A stretch of 64,000 nucleotides of DNA from Aulosira sp. ZfuVER01 (GTDB lineage Bacteria > Cyanobacteriota > Cyanobacteriia > Cyanobacteriales > Nostocaceae): positions 32,001 through 96,000 of the forward strand of contig JAVRCV020000031.1 in NCBI GenBank assembly GCA_034530615.2, read 5' to 3'. The notes under the pieces were generated by a model. It saw only the letters and a list, made by a program, of their open reading frames with translations. It was not told where the DNA came from and did not search any database. Positions 62,724 through 64,000 of the stretch are shown here, in pieces; the stretch's first letter is position 1, and each line of letters opens with the position of its first letter. Made by a program: the position numbers and the translations under genes.

Positions 62724-62940
62724 AATCTGCAATTTAAAATTCTAATTTCATTTAAGTTCTTAGTTTGATTGGCATCGATCGCAAATACAGCAGAGCAGGT
62801 AATTAATCTATTCTCTGGTGTCAATGCAGCTGATAAAGCAGAAAATGCCTGAGTAAGCAGATCATAGCGTTTGCTGTGAAGCGATCGGGCGGCGGTTGAC
62901 AAAACGTAAATAGTCAAGAGTCAAGGTTCAATAGACATTT

Positions 62941-64000
62941 TTAGGCAGAATTTTCTTCATTGTTATGGGAGAACAAACTGGGATCGAGATAATTAATTCT
63001 TGCTAAAGGGCTGAGACTAGCGAGAATTTGCGCACCGTAGCTGCGATTTACTACACGTCCATCAAGTAACGCCACAATACCTTGACTTTCTCGCACTGGA
63101 GCCACGGCTCGTTGTAATTCATTCAAAGCTGTGGGTAATAAATATAAGCGAAACCAATCTTGATGCGATCGCTTATAGTGAGCTACCCTACCCGCCACTA
63201 GAGGACTTTCTAAAGATGGTAAGGGCAAAGTCGCAATAATTAACAAGTGGGGTGCGGGTAAAACACCTTGATGTTCTCGCCAAAATTCCCAACCGCTAAT
63301 TAAAATGCCGTTTTCATCCAAGCAAGTTTTTTCCACCTGCACTCGCGAACCAAATTCAGCAGCCAAAATTGCTCCTACTTGAGCTTTTAGTGGCACATCC
63401 CCAATTAACACAACTGTTAATCCTGGTGCAGTCGCACTTAGGCAAAGCAGTGTCCGAACTTTGTGAATAAATGCTGCTTGAAATTCTGGCGTGTTTGGTA
63501 GGGGCAACTTATAAGGTACATAAAGTTGAATAGCGTCTGTTTGGCTATCAGCAGAGAACTTCAGACAAGTGACATCTTCCAATCCCAAGCGCTGACGGAA
63601 CAAGGGAGCCTCAGTTTCTGGTTCCAAAGCACTACCAACGAAAACTACAGGTTGCCGCTGCCAAATAGGTGAGATGATTTTTCCTAATTCAATGGGAGCG
63701 CAGTGTAACGAAAACAAACCTTGACGACGAGCGATAGTTGCCCAGAGGAGGGGAGGCGATGGCGGAGACGAGGAAGAGAAATTCTCATTGATATTTTGGA
63801 AGTACTGCCAGAAATTTTTCCAAGCCTGTGGAAGTTCAGCTAGATCTAACTCTAAATACAGATGCTGCAAAACCTCGATTTCTGGTTGGGAAATGAGATA
63901 GCACTCATAGGGATTAGCTGGATGTTGGAAAAACTCTTTCGTCAGTTGCGCTCGTGCAGAGCGGATTAAATCAGCTTGTTCGGGACAAGCCAGCATCAGT
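62941..64000 (-). CDS. DinG-like helicase family protein, C-terminal part (5' end outside window)
   Basis: LPLPNTPEF, IATLPLPSLE.P, LLDGRV..RSYG. Confidence 0.82.
   Translation of the reverse strand, partial: LMLACPEQADLIRSARAQLTKEFFQHPANPYECYLISQPEIEVLQHLYLELDLAELPQAWKNFWQYFQNINENFSSSSPPSPPLLWATIARRQGLFSLHCAPIELGKIISPIWQRQPVVFVGSALEPETEAPLFRQRLGLEDVTCLKFSADSQTDAIQLYVPYKLPLPNTPEFQAAFIHKVRTLLCLSATAPGLTVVLIGDVPLKAQVGAILAAEFGSRVQVEKTCLDENGILISGWEFWREHQGVLPAPHLLIIATLPLPSLESPLVAGRVAHYKRSHQDWFRLYLLPTALNELQRAVAPVRESQGIVALLDGRVVNRSYGAQILASLSPLARINYLDPSLFSHNNEENSA

Larger units (their letters stand above)
27..63172. repeat. HIP1 octamer GCGATCGC dispersed through the window
   Basis: Dozens of copies in coding and non-coding DNA (e.g. 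near 28, 2105, 4533, 22808, 23972). Confidence 0.95.

Noticed and set aside
818..62917. Numerous short antisense or overlapping ORFs in the track (e.g. 818-1150, 5917-6315, 20113-20415, 39537-39881)
   Set aside because: Shadows of well-supported genes on the opposite strand or in another frame, with no motifs or SD sequences noted.
63745..63782. SSSSPPSPP segment in the DinG-like protein as a mobile insert
   Set aside because: Too short to distinguish from an ordinary low-complexity loop.

Overview
A 64 kb stretch of chromosome from a filamentous cyanobacterium, very probably Nostocales: HIP1 octamers (GCGATCGC) are dense, heptameric STRR repeats are present, and the fbp-tal-zwf-opcA operon is intact. 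It is mostly core genes: a two-component pair, a UPF0016 Mn exporter behind a yybP-ykoY riboswitch, argZ/agrE, hppD, mutS2, DUF2997-DUF1257-ferredoxin, tspO, crtW, hrcA, cysE, an intein-free class II RNR (nrdJ), the oxidative pentose phosphate operon, cobB, UPF0182, a TPR-CHAT protease and a partial DinG-like helicase. I saw no rRNA, tRNA, CRISPR array, intact transposase or clearly complete novel multi-gene system. The most interesting signals are not in the ORF track. They are a stop-disrupted GIY-YIG nuclease beside a GGDEF+GNAT cassette bounded by HIP1-containing direct repeats, a MazF/PemK remnant whose antisense strand supplies the end of a neighbouring gene, a probable CTG start that adds a membrane anchor to a lysozyme-like gene, a MITE with a perfect 9-bp target duplication, and a family of nested small palindromic elements inserted at the same position of STRR heptamers. 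An 88-aa protein with no basic residues and a secreted ER-rich repeat protein are also notable. All calls come from reading the sequence by eye; no searches were run.
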